Part shown: one piece after another, positions 23,497-33,740 of the stretch
Layout of the letters: the number at the start of each line of letters is the position of its first letter
Position numbering within the stretch: position 1 is the stretch's first letter
Assembly: GCA_937625935.1 (NCBI GenBank)
Contig: OW569363.1
Location: 310,001-374,000, forward strand
Direction of reading: 5' to 3'
Origin: Tetramitus jugosus
Taxonomy: Eukaryota > Protista > Heterolobosea
DNA: 64,000 nucleotides
Made by a program: the position numbers and the translations under genes
Notes under the pieces: model-generated
Told to the model about the DNA's origin: nothing
Databases searched by the model: none
The model's input: the letters and a program-made list of their open reading frames with translations, nothing else

Positions 23497-25506
23497 TTAT
23501 GATTTGTAAATGATAGGTGCATACTCTGGTGTCCACATTCTGTCACGAACGAACTTACCCAAATCATGCAAATCAGTCTCCTTGACATTTACAGCATTGT
23601 TTTCCTTTACAAGCTTTCGTACGATCTCTGTTGCAACTGCAGCTGTCACCTCTCTGATATTCTCCACTGGAGGATACACTTCACCACGTGCCAACTGTTC
23701 ATCAGTTACGGTGGATGCCAATGCCTTGGATGCAGCATAGAACACGTCGTCAGAAATTGTTTTAGCACCAGCAAGGGAAGCACCTAATCCCACAGCTGGG
23801 AAGATAAACATGTTATTTCCCTGGGAAGGATAAATAATATCGTGACCCAATGTCACAGGTGGGAATGGAGAACCACTTGCAAAAATTGCCTTTCCGTTGG
23901 TCCAAGTAAAGATATCTTGTGCTGAAGCTTCGCTATTGGATGTTGGGTTTGACAATGGGAAGATGATGGGTTTCTCAACATGCTTACACATCTCACGTAT
24001 CAGCTCTTCCTTAAATAGACCACCCATACCGGATATGCCGAGCAAGATATCTGGCTTCACAACCTTCATCGTCTCCATTAACGATAGTCCATCAGCGCTA
24101 TCTGTTCGGGCCTTGGCGAATGGTACTTGTTCTGGTGTTAAGTTCGGTCTGGCTGCAGTCAAAAGCCCATCTCTATCCAGCACATAAAATTGTTTATATG
24201 CATCTGCTTGTGTGGCCCCCTCTTTCACCATCGCAGCTACCAATGCACTGCAGACACCGAGACCAGCACATCCGGCTCCAGCGACCATAATCTTTTGATC
24301 CTTCAAATCTGAGAAGCTCTTTCCAGTTGCTCTCAATGCATTGAGTATGCCACTGACAATCACAGAACCAGTTCCCTGGATATCATCATTAAAACACAAC
24401 ACATTCTTGCGATATTTGTCCAAGACAGTGTTTGCCTTATCGCTCGTAAAATCTTCAAATTGAACAAGCACATTGGGCCAACGAGCAGTCACAGCCTTCA
24501 TAAATTCATCCACAATCTGATAGTACTCTGCTCCAGTTGATCTCTTTTGATTGATACCGAGATAGAATGGATCATCCAACAAATCCGTATTGTTGGTGCC
24601 CACATCGAGCATCACTGGGAGAACACGACCTGGGTTGATACCACCTGCTGCTACATACAGTGCCAACTTTCCAATTGGAATACCCATTCCATTCGCACCC
24701 AAATCTCCCAATCCCAAAATTCTTCCACCATCCGTCACCACAATAATATCAATCTCCTTGATTGGATAATTGTAAACCATGTTGAGCATTTCTCCCTTGT
24801 CCTTGGCAGAAAAGTACATGCCTCTTGGTCTTCTCCACATGGCAGCAAACTGTTGACATGCCTTACCGACAGTAGGTGTATAACTAAATCAAAATGTTTG
24901 TCAGTACAAAAAAACAACAACAACAACAACAACAAGAGATGTTGCCGACATGAACATTGCGACATTGCAACGTGAGACAAACAACAACAAAAATGGTGCA
25001 CCCACCACCACCAACAACAACAAACAACAACATTAGACAAACAATAATAATAACAATAATAACAACACATACACAATAGGTGCCATCTCCTTAATGTACG
25101 TTGTCAGGAAACGATAAAATAAGACTTCATTTCTGTCTTGCAACTGACACAAAAACACATATTTGTCAATATCTGTTCCAATATTCTCAAAACGTCTTCT
25201 CAAACGATCCATCTGAACAATGGGATCCTTGACACCAGGTGGCAACAATCCTCTCAAGAACAAACGATCTCTCTCAGTCTGCGTAAATGCAGTTCCTCTG
25301 TTCAATAGTGGATCCAACAATAGGTCATGACCAATTTGAGAAGTGAAGATGACATCTTTTTGGAAATCACTGTGGTCGAGAGCGTTTGAAAATACGCATT
25401 GATTCGTGTGAAACAGTTGCAATGATGATTGATTTGTTTTGTGGTTGTTGTTGACAGCTGTTCTTTGTATGCCGCTTTTGATGAGTGTGGCTGTTGATCT
25501 GTGCAT
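23497..25506 (-). CDS. Mitochondrial NAD(P)-dependent malic enzyme; exons 25506-25073, 24883-23497
   Basis: Splicing restores MAPIVYTPTVG; VTDGGRILGLGDLG, QFEDF, FNDDIQGT, GAGCAG, PLSNPT, QGNNMFIFP. Confidence 0.95.
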
Positions 25507-25881
25507 TTTTTTTCTTTGTTGCTTTGCTGTAGGTTGGTTGTTTGGTTGTTGGGCAAAGATTTTTTGTGTGTGGTTGATCTTTTTTTCAGTGTCTGTCGTG
25601 TCTTTCGTCAGAACAAAGCTCAAACCTTAAGCTTACCCGATGCAGGCGCGAGAATGATTATCAGATACTCCAATCGGACTCTTCTCGGACTCTCAATCTC
25701 AAGTCTCATGGTTGTAGAACTTTGCCCAGTATCGGAGTAATCACTACTCCCATGTCATCCAGTAATTCCCCTACTATCAGAACACACACTGAACTTCTAC
25801 CCAACAGACACTGAACTCCACTCAAGAACTACAAACACAACAAAACAAACATTTTTGTCAACAGTCGAATCAATCACAACC

Positions 25882-27741
25882 ATGCAAGACATGTTCAACA
25901 GATATAATGATAGTGATAGTGATGATAGTGATATTGATTGGAGTCGTGAGAGCCAACCTCCACTCCAACCTCAACCAGCTGCTTGGTACGGTAATCCACC
26001 ACCACCTCCGCCACCTCCACCAGGTCCATTCACAAATCGCACCTGGCGATCCTCACTAAAAAAATTAGACATGCCAATCGATAAAGAAGAAGAAAAAGAC
26101 GGTTCGAGCATAATAACAGACGATATCGCAATCAGAGAGGCACAAGAAGAAGAATGGAGACGAAAAATGGAGGAGACTCGTGTTGAGAATCCACAGTATT
26201 CGTTTGGTACATTACCAGAGCACGTTCTCGTCGATATCTTTAATTTTTTGAATCCATATCAGTCGTACAGTGGTGCCATTCGTATTCGAAGACTGGACAC
26301 GTATGGCAATCATGGTGACTACACCACAAACCGAGTCAAAAGGAGAGAGAAGACTCAAGTGAAGAAGGAAGACGAAAAACAGAAGAATGACCTTGGTCTC
26401 GTTTGTAGAAATTGGAGAGACGCCGCATGCAACGATTTGCTGTGGAAGAGTCAAGCTGTTTACTTGCACAAGCAACTATGCGTAAAAATTAAGCGCGGCA
26501 AGAATGATATCTTCCAGGGAAAAACTGGGCGTTCTCATTTCACCTACAGTCACACGACTTACCCCGATCGTCCCATTAACCGAAATTGTATCAGTTTGAA
26601 GGATTTGGATTTGAGTCAAATACCGAGAAAGGATTTCAAGGATCATTATTTTGAACTTGTGAAGCAACGTGAGAAATATGTGAATTATCGAGAGAGAAAG
26701 GAGAGAAGAGACACGTTTATAGCAAATGTGTTGAGACGAGCACAGTACTTTTCAGAGCTGTATTTACGTGTGGCTTCATATGGTGTTGTCTATTTCATGC
26801 TATTGATGCAGTTGGCCCTTGTCATTATCCACTGGTTTTTGGACATGGGAGATCACACATATGTCTATTTCTTGTCACCATTGTTGTTTGTGGCAGTATA
26901 TTTGACATTTGGTGTGCCATTTTTCATTTATTTGTTCATAGCGTTGCACAGTCATGAACTGCCCTCGGATGGATTTATCAAGTTGTTGATTGCTGGAGTT
27001 GCTGCTCTCTCATGGTTCGAATGTATGCCATTGGTGCTCATCGTGATGAATCTAGGAATATTGCCCAGATTCCACACACAGCTGTACCATGTGGAATCGA
27101 TACCTTGGCCTGCAGTGTTCGCGCCATGGTTCCTAACTCTATTTGTTCTGGCCGCTGCTGTCGTTGTGGCCAATATTTTATCTATTGCATCATCAGTCAG
27201 AAGTGGAGTGTACACTCTTTCAGATAAGTTATTTGGCGAACATGAGAGCAAGACGTTCAGATGGTCAATGCTTGGTGCCTACGCTCTGTTCTCATTCGGC
27301 TTGTTCTTTGTATTACTGGGATTCACTCTCGAATTCTACAATCACTTTTTCATTCCATTGGCATTCATTCCAATGCTGCTGATGCAGGTGATTGCCCAGG
27401 GTCCTCTCGGTTATTGGGGGTGGTACGAAAAGAAATCGACGTACTCCTCAAAGAAGGACAAATTTCTCACCTGGAACATTTTGATATTTCCTTCGGTGCT
27501 CACAATCTGTGAAATTCCTTGTTGCTTTGCTCAATTCATTGGTCCTTTCTGTTTCATCGGACCAATGATTGTTCTGACCCAGGTATACAACATGGCCAAC
27601 ATTCTCGTAGCAAGTTCATCAAAGACCTACTCATGGATGAACGATGGAGGCAAAAAGTATACACTCAGAGAGGTTCTGCTCTGCGAAGAGAATATTACTG
27701 ACCAAAACAATAATGTCCGACAGTATCATTTTGGCCGATAA
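25882..27741 (+). CDS. F-box protein with a multi-pass transmembrane C-terminal half
   Basis: LPEHVLVDIFNFL...LGLVCRNWRDAACNDLLWK (F-box split by an insertion), then about 7-8 hydrophobic helices including IPWPAVFAPW. Confidence 0.7.
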   Translation: MQDMFNRYNDSDSDDSDIDWSRESQPPLQPQPAAWYGNPPPPPPPPPGPFTNRTWRSSLKKLDMPIDKEEEKDGSSIITDDIAIREAQEEEWRRKMEETRVENPQYSFGTLPEHVLVDIFNFLNPYQSYSGAIRIRRLDTYGNHGDYTTNRVKRREKTQVKKEDEKQKNDLGLVCRNWRDAACNDLLWKSQAVYLHKQLCVKIKRGKNDIFQGKTGRSHFTYSHTTYPDRPINRNCISLKDLDLSQIPRKDFKDHYFELVKQREKYVNYRERKERRDTFIANVLRRAQYFSELYLRVASYGVVYFMLLMQLALVIIHWFLDMGDHTYVYFLSPLLFVAVYLTFGVPFFIYLFIALHSHELPSDGFIKLLIAGVAALSWFECMPLVLIVMNLGILPRFHTQLYHVESIPWPAVFAPWFLTLFVLAAAVVVANILSIASSVRSGVYTLSDKLFGEHESKTFRWSMLGAYALFSFGLFFVLLGFTLEFYNHFFIPLAFIPMLLMQVIAQGPLGYWGWYEKKSTYSSKKDKFLTWNILIFPSVLTICEIPCCFAQFIGPFCFIGPMIVLTQVYNMANILVASSSKTYSWMNDGGKKYTLREVLLCEENITDQNNNVRQYHFGR

Positions 27742-28220
27742 TTTCCTTGTCATTCTTCCTGTGCGCGTTCAGAACACCTTTTGGCAGTGCGGGTCATGAA
27801 ATAAAGCGTTGGAATAACCAACTTCCGTAAGGGTTGTGGAAATTGACAGAATATTCGCACCGATTCTGGCACGTTTAAGGTTCATCGGTTGCAAGGGTAT
27901 AATATTATTTGTTCAAGTTTGTCGCTGGTGCCCATTCGGAGCAAATCTCCTGTCGGCTTTTGATGCTCCTCGCCCGCATTCTTTCCGTGCGATCTGACTG
28001 TTGAGCAAAAAACACGTCGCGTCTGAAACAAAGCGCACTGGAGAATTCTTCAGAATGCGGAAACAGATTACCGGCTCTCCCACGGAATAAGCAACAGACA
28101 GGCGATAGCTCCTTGCTGATTCATAAGCTTTCTGAATTTCAACCAACTAAAATCCAGCAACAACAAAACCAAACAACCAAACCCCCCCAAACCAAAACTA
28201 CAAGTTTCTAAGCAAGAAGG

Positions 28221-29135
28221 ATGAATTACATTGGACACCATACCCCTCATCACCATCACCATTATCCATACTATAACCATCACATGCCGTCAACAAAGAG
28301 TATGACGACAGTGTCTTCCTATCCACAGGAGTCAATGGTTATCTCCCATCCATCATCATCAGCACCACATCAACACCACCACCAAAAGCTGCACCACAAC
28401 AACTCTTACTACTACCCTAACCCAGTGTCGTTATCCAAGAGTTCAATGGCGACGACGACGAGTACAGCTCCAACTAAGAAGAAGAAGTCCACCAACAATT
28501 GTTCCTCTGTCTCCTCCATTACACTGGTCAACAATGGCAACCAATCCACCAATGGTATCAAGAAAAAGAAGAGAAAGACCAAGAAGAACAAGATTATCAT
28601 ACCAATGAGAGATATGATTCGACTGTTTTCCATGCCTCAACAAGTTGCCGCCAGAAAGCTCAATGTTTCCATCTCGACTCTCAAGAGGCGATTCTATGAG
28701 TTGGACTTGCCAAAATGGCCAGCCAACCACACTCTCCAAGAGTTTTGTCTAGGTGAAATGAACAGTGAAGCTGTCAAGTGTACATACCACTCATCCAACA
28801 ACAACAACAGTAGCAACACGAGGAGCAACAGTCCAGTGAACAGTGGCATGTCAACCACGAATCACAACACGTTGTCAAGCTCTGACAACTCGCTTCACTT
28901 GAAGCAAAATGCTAGTTATTATTCCTTGTACAGAGAGCCAACAGATGAAGAAAAGAAGAGCCTAGGAACAATTCTGAACATGTATGATACAATGGATGAA
29001 AAGTACATTGATCCAATGACCATGACGATATTGAAGGAGGCCTTCTTGGAGAACACTGAAGCTGCAAACAATAGGGATGGATGTGGCAACAGCACATCGA
29101 GTGACAGTGAGGAAGAAGCCGCACCAAAGAAATAA
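28221..29135 (+). CDS. RWP-RK-like transcription factor
   Basis: IPMRDMIRLFSMPQQVAARKLNVSISTLKRRFYELDLPKWP follows the RWP-RK consensus; basic NLS-like stretch upstream. Confidence 0.8.
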   Translation: MNYIGHHTPHHHHHYPYYNHHMPSTKSMTTVSSYPQESMVISHPSSSAPHQHHHQKLHHNNSYYYPNPVSLSKSSMATTTSTAPTKKKKSTNNCSSVSSITLVNNGNQSTNGIKKKKRKTKKNKIIIPMRDMIRLFSMPQQVAARKLNVSISTLKRRFYELDLPKWPANHTLQEFCLGEMNSEAVKCTYHSSNNNNSSNTRSNSPVNSGMSTTNHNTLSSSDNSLHLKQNASYYSLYREPTDEEKKSLGTILNMYDTMDEKYIDPMTMTILKEAFLENTEAANNRDGCGNSTSSDSEEEAAPKK

Positions 29136-29496
29136 ACAATTACCCTCTAACATCATCACCTTTCATTTCTCTTCACAGACTGTAAACTTCCACGTCGGCC
29201 AAGCGAATTTCGTCATCCGCGCTCGTCTCTTTCTATGGATTCGTATTCGGAACGCTTTAAAATCTCCATTGCGGAAGCGGGAGGGAGGAAAAGAAACGAT
29301 TAGGTGACGCTTTGAGGTCCGACGTTTACGACGCGTTCTGAAAGGAAAGCGGCTTTTTACTTGAATACAATGTCTTGTTTGGGTTCGGATCCTTTCGACA
29401 CTTTTGGTCAAATTAAAAAGTGAAACGGTCGGGTATGTTTGCCGCCATTTTCTCGCGCCAAAACACAACAAAAAAAAGCAAACCAATACTGGAAAA

Positions 29497-30720
29497 ATGT
29501 CGAACGACGAACAAGTTGTGGTGGAAAAGTCTCCAGCTCGCGCTGATGCAACCATGTGGGTAGAAAAGTACCGTCCAAACAATTTGGATGAGCTCATTGC
29601 CCATGAACAAATTATCAGCACAAGTATGTTGATCATTCTCTGCTCACAACAACAAAACAACTCACAATCTTTGTTTCTCAACAACATCTAGTTAAAAAAC
29701 TTTTGGCTGCCAACAAGCTGCCTCATTTGTTGCTCTATGGACCTCCGGGCACAGGAAAGGTTTGTTTGTCACACGAAACAACTTTTTTTTTTGGGACTTT
29801 GTCGCCATTCACAATACTGACTCTCACATCGATGGTTCTCACATATTGACCACTAAAAGACGAGTACCATTCTTGCTGTTGCCAAGCAAATGTTTGGTGC
29901 TCATTATCACAATTTTGTCATGGAGCTCAACGCATCAGATGATCGTGGTATCGAAGTCATCAGACAACAAATCAAGGAATTTGCCAGTACAAAAAAAATT
30001 TTTGCTCAGGGATTCAAGTTGATCATTTTGGATGAAGCAGATCACATGACAAAGGATGCTCAGGCCGCATTGAGACGAGTGATGGAAAAGTACACTAAAA
30101 ATGTTCGATTCTGCCTCGTTTGTAACTACGTAAACAATATTATTCCTGCATTGCAGTCGAGATGCATGAGATTTAGATTTGCACCATTGAAGAAGCCTCA
30201 GATTGCTGCTAGAATCAACGAAATTGCAAAGAAGGAGAATGTGACTATTGATTCTTCTGGTATGGACGCAATTTATAAGCTGTCTAATGGTGATATGAGA
30301 AAGTGCTTGATGATGCTACAGAGCACATACATGGCATCTGGAGTCGTGAATGAGGATTCAGTTTATATGTCGACAGGTAATCCATTGCCGTCAGATGTAC
30401 GGAAAATGCTTGACTTGATGGTGAATCAAACGTTTGAGAAGGCCTTCTCAGAAGTGACATCGATAAAGACTGTCAAGGGACTGGCTCTGAGTGATATCCT
30501 GAGAGAAATACATCCATATATTCTGCGTTTGGGCATGTCTGATGACTGCAAAATGTTTTTGCTCGAAAAGTTGGCTGATATCGAGTATAATTTATCGTTT
30601 GGTGCATCTGAAAAGCTTCAAACTGCTGCTGTGGTTGGTTGCTTCCAGATTGCAAAAGAAGCAATTGCTCAAAAGAATGTGACCGTGCAACAATTGATGA
30701 AACATGCTACAGTCGAGTAG
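29497..30720 (+). CDS. RFC5: Replication factor C small subunit (RFC5 / yeast Rfc3); exons 29497-29623, 29692-29759, 29860-30720
   Basis: WVEKYRP, LPHLLLYGPPGTGKTST, ELNASDDRGI, ILDEAD, IIPALQSRC; two GT-AG introns. Confidence 0.92.
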
Positions 30721-30891
30721 ACTTTGTGGATGGATCCAAACACAGCACCAATAAACCGGAACAAACAACACACGCTTATCATATTGCAAGAGAACCTCGC
30801 TCTTGTTCATCGAACTCATTGAACCTCGCACAAAAAAATGAACAAGTGAAAAAAACACAGCAAAACGAACAATTGCAACAGCTAACTAAAG

Positions 30892-31773
30892 ATGACATCG
30901 AATCCGATCGTGACGAGCACCAGTCTTTCCTCCATGATTCACAATGATGAGATTGACTCAGTGAGACCTATTTTCCCTTCTGTCAACAACAGACCCTCTC
31001 ACTTTATTGACACTGAAACAGGAAAGCGAACAATGGATGGCAGAACAGTGGACGAATTTAGAAAAATGTTTATGAAATGTGGTGTGATTCAAAAAGCCAG
31101 AGGTTCCGCCTACATTGAGCTCAATCGGACAAAAGTCATTTGTTCCGTCTATGGTCCGCGCCAATCTTCTGTACAGTCGGAGTTTTCTGAGACGGGCACA
31201 TTGCACTGTGAAATTTCATTTGCACCGTTTGCGCATCAAAAGCAGAGCAATCGAACATCGAGAAGAAGCAATGTATCTGAGATGAGACAACAGACACACG
31301 AGTACTCTACGTACATGAGAGAAGCTCTTCAAACATCGATTCGATTAGACACTTTTCCAAAGAGCACACTTGATGTGTATGCTCTAGTGTTGGAGGATGA
31401 TGGATCCGTGTTGAGTGCTGCCATCACATGTGCTTCATTGGCCATTGCTGATGCAGGCATTGAGATGTATGATCTCGTAAGTGCTTGCTCAGCAGCTCAA
31501 GTCGAAGATCACGTGTTGGTGGACCCTGTCACCATGGAGCACAAGTTTGCAACAGGTGGTGTCGTCTGTGCATACATGTCATCCTTGCATGAGTTGACTC
31601 AGTTGACACAGGTGGGAGACATGCAGTATCAACGAGTGTTGGAAGCCATTGATTTGTGTGTGGATGGATGTAACAAGATTCATCAATTGATGGTCAATTG
31701 TTTGATGCAGAGTACATTGCAGAAGGAAAAGCAGATTGCATCTTCGTCGTCTGATGCTCAGATCACAAAATAA
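30892..31773 (+). CDS. EXOSC6: Exosome RNase PH-like subunit Mtr3/EXOSC6
   Basis: GSAYIE..TKVICSVYGPR, FPKSTLDVYALVLEDDGS, AIADAGIEMYDLV. Confidence 0.8.
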   Translation: MTSNPIVTSTSLSSMIHNDEIDSVRPIFPSVNNRPSHFIDTETGKRTMDGRTVDEFRKMFMKCGVIQKARGSAYIELNRTKVICSVYGPRQSSVQSEFSETGTLHCEISFAPFAHQKQSNRTSRRSNVSEMRQQTHEYSTYMREALQTSIRLDTFPKSTLDVYALVLEDDGSVLSAAITCASLAIADAGIEMYDLVSACSAAQVEDHVLVDPVTMEHKFATGGVVCAYMSSLHELTQLTQVGDMQYQRVLEAIDLCVDGCNKIHQLMVNCLMQSTLQKEKQIASSSSDAQITK

Positions 31774-31853
31774 GATAAATAACTTGCCATTTGTCCACCA
31801 AGTTTCTCATTTTCTGCCACTTTACAGTTGGCTTCTCAGTAATATAGGCTTTT

Positions 31854-32137
31854 GCACTCCTTTTCTTGTTGTCATTGAGTTGTGGACTCTGAATCTCCTT
31901 TTCGGAGTCATCCTCCACATCCACAATGACTGGTTCGTCCTCAGTCAAACCATACCTTTTGCGTGCACTGGCTAGTGCCAATGCAGCAATTTCCTTTTTC
32001 GCTCTGGCGAACACTGGAATTCACTTGCTCCAGAATTTGCCGGTTCTCCGCACTGAGCTGCACAACAGGCACTGATGGCAGTGGTGTTGCTACAGTCCTT
32101 GATTCCGTTTTTTTCTGCGTTTCGGAAGAAATTAGTG
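31854..32137 (-). mobile_element. Internally deleted, frameshifted second copy of the adjacent retroelement-like unit
   Basis: 31854-32090 aligns by eye with 32437-32681, with substitutions and an 8-nt deletion; 32101-32137 repeats the 5' leader at 33431-33471. Confidence 0.8.
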
Positions 32138-33471
32138 TTTTTTTTTTTTTGTTTTTTTTTTTGTTCCATACAACCAAGTGTGCGCAAGCACACGATTGCT
32201 CATTTATTGACTTGTTTTGTGAGTGACGACCCGTAGGGCGTCGCTCACTCTTCTTCTCTTGTTGTCCCCGACGGTGCACCTACAGGTTGGAAGAATCACT
32301 CTGGTGAGTGTTTTGATTGATGCCCTTCATCAAAGAGCGTAACCTTGTAGTAGGACCGCCGATGGACACAGAGCCATCTGTTGTTGTTTTCTTGTTTTGG
32401 GCCTTGTTGCTCCTCAGATCACCCAGTGTGATCCTAGCACTCCTCTTCTTGTTGTCATTGAGTTGTGGACTTTGAATCTCCTTTTCGGAGTCGTCGTCCA
32501 CATCCACAATGACTGGTTCGTCCTCAGTCAAACCATACCTTTTGCGTGCACTGGCTAGTGCCAATGCAGCAATTTCCTTCTTCGCTCTGGCAAACACTGG
32601 AGAAGTGGCATTCACTTGCTCCAGGATTTGCTGATTTTCAGCGCTGAGCTGTGCAACAGGCACTGTTGGCAGTGGTGTTGCACTCCTTTGTTCTTCTGTC
32701 TCCATCAGACCAGGAGCAGTTCTTTGTGCAACTTCTTGTTCCGGTATCGGAACCGGTTTGTTGCCCTCTTGGTCCTTTGTCTTTGCCAATTCCTTGGTGA
32801 GTTCTGTGACCTGTCGACGCAGTCCGTCAACCACCGTCAGCAGCTCCTCATACATCTTTGTCAACCTCTTGTTGACGGCCTTGAGAGGATCATGTGGTCT
32901 CTCGACGTATCGAGTGACCGTGGCCTTTACCTTGTTCGCTCCGGTGAGCACTGCTTGTGCATAGGTTTCATCACCCATGACCACGAAAGCAGTGTCACGC
33001 TTCTTGAGCACACTGGCGACCTTTTCACGTCCCAGTAGCTTCTTGATATCGTCCACTGACATGCTCTTCATGCCATGGACGACCACCTTTCTTGTGCAAT
33101 CAACACTGCGCTTGGGTGCAGCAGTGCTGTTGCCAATCCTCCTTTGCTTGTTGAACAAATCAACAAAGTCATAGATGCGGTCACCCTTGACCGTCACCCA
33201 TGCAACAAAGCGTTGCTGGCCTTTCCTCTTGATGACTTGGACTCGGTTGAGCCAGTCACCAAACTCCTCTCCAATCTTTCTTGCCAAAGATGACTGAGAG
33301 ACGCCATTACCGTTGCCAGTAATGACGACCTCTCTGTCACTTGGCCTCGTGCCTTTCCGTGCAGTGGTCCACACTGCATAACGGCTGTTGCCGTATTCCT
33401 TCACCAAATTTGTTGAATCACCAGACATGTGATTCCGTTTTTTTCTGCGTTTTTTTTGGAAGAAATTAGTG
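32138..33471 (-). mobile_element. Putative non-autonomous non-LTR retroelement (ORF1-only, A-tailed) upstream of a tRNA gene
   Basis: Leader duplicated locally; single intronless, GC-richer ORF; 3' hairpins; AATAAA; A-rich tail at 32162-32138; 5' end 29 bp from the tRNA. Confidence 0.6.
32280..33428 (-). CDS. ORF1-like protein: two RRM-like domains + coiled coil
   Basis: REVVITG...FVAWVTV and RKVVVHGM...TAFVVM show RRM-like beta-strand patterns; heptad region LLTVVDGLRRQVTELTKEL; basic composition. Confidence 0.55.
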   Translation of the reverse strand: MSGDSTNLVKEYGNSRYAVWTTARKGTRPSDREVVITGNGNGVSQSSLARKIGEEFGDWLNRVQVIKRKGQQRFVAWVTVKGDRIYDFVDLFNKQRRIGNSTAAPKRSVDCTRKVVVHGMKSMSVDDIKKLLGREKVASVLKKRDTAFVVMGDETYAQAVLTGANKVKATVTRYVERPHDPLKAVNKRLTKMYEELLTVVDGLRRQVTELTKELAKTKDQEGNKPVPIPEQEVAQRTAPGLMETEEQRSATPLPTVPVAQLSAENQQILEQVNATSPVFARAKKEIAALALASARKRYGLTEDEPVIVDVDDDSEKEIQSPQLNDNKKRSARITLGDLRSNKAQNKKTTTDGSVSIGGPTTRLRSLMKGINQNTHQSDSSNL

Positions 33472-33500
33472 AAATTGTCTGGAGGAAAATGAAATATGAC

Positions 33501-33571
33501 TCTCCTATGGTCTAGTGGTATGATAGCGGACTCTGAATCCGTTGACGGTGGTTCGATTCCACCTAGGAGAA
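33501..33571 (+). tRNA. tRNA-Gln(CUG)
   Basis: Cloverleaf: acceptor TCTCCTA/TAGGAGA, D arm containing TAGTGG, anticodon arm GCGGA-CTCTGAA-TCCGT, T arm GGTGG-TTCGATT-CCACC; TTTT terminator follows. Confidence 0.95.
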
Positions 33572-33621
33572 CATTTTGGTTTTCCCTTTATCCTGAAGGC
33601 TGCAAAAAGACTTAATCAAAA

Positions 33622-33740
33622 GCCTACATTACTGAGGGTTCTCGAGTAGTCTCCTATCTCAATACTAACTCAGCCAGATGGTGCTTAACTTCTCTATTCG
33701 AAATGGGAAGAGGTGGTTCCACCATTGTATGAACGTAGAC
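33622..33740 (-). rRNA. 5S rRNA
   Basis: 119 nt; terminal helix GTCTAC/GTAGGC; CATAC, CCCATTTCGAA, GAAGTTAAGC (box A), GTTAGTA and GAGAAC motifs; TTTT terminator. Confidence 0.92.

Noticed and set aside
24884-25072. (CAA)n/(TTG)n tracts here and in many ORFs and UTRs
   Set aside because: Simple-sequence background across the whole window that produces poly-Q/N tracts; not a discrete element
29438-29462. Two E2F-consensus sites (TTTSSCGC) upstream of RFC5
   Set aside because: Plausible, but the same words occur in introns (about 20729 and 44071) and before unrelated genes, so specificity cannot be supported
31774-33500. Target-site duplication around the retroelement-like units
   Set aside because: No convincing direct repeat found by eye on both flanks
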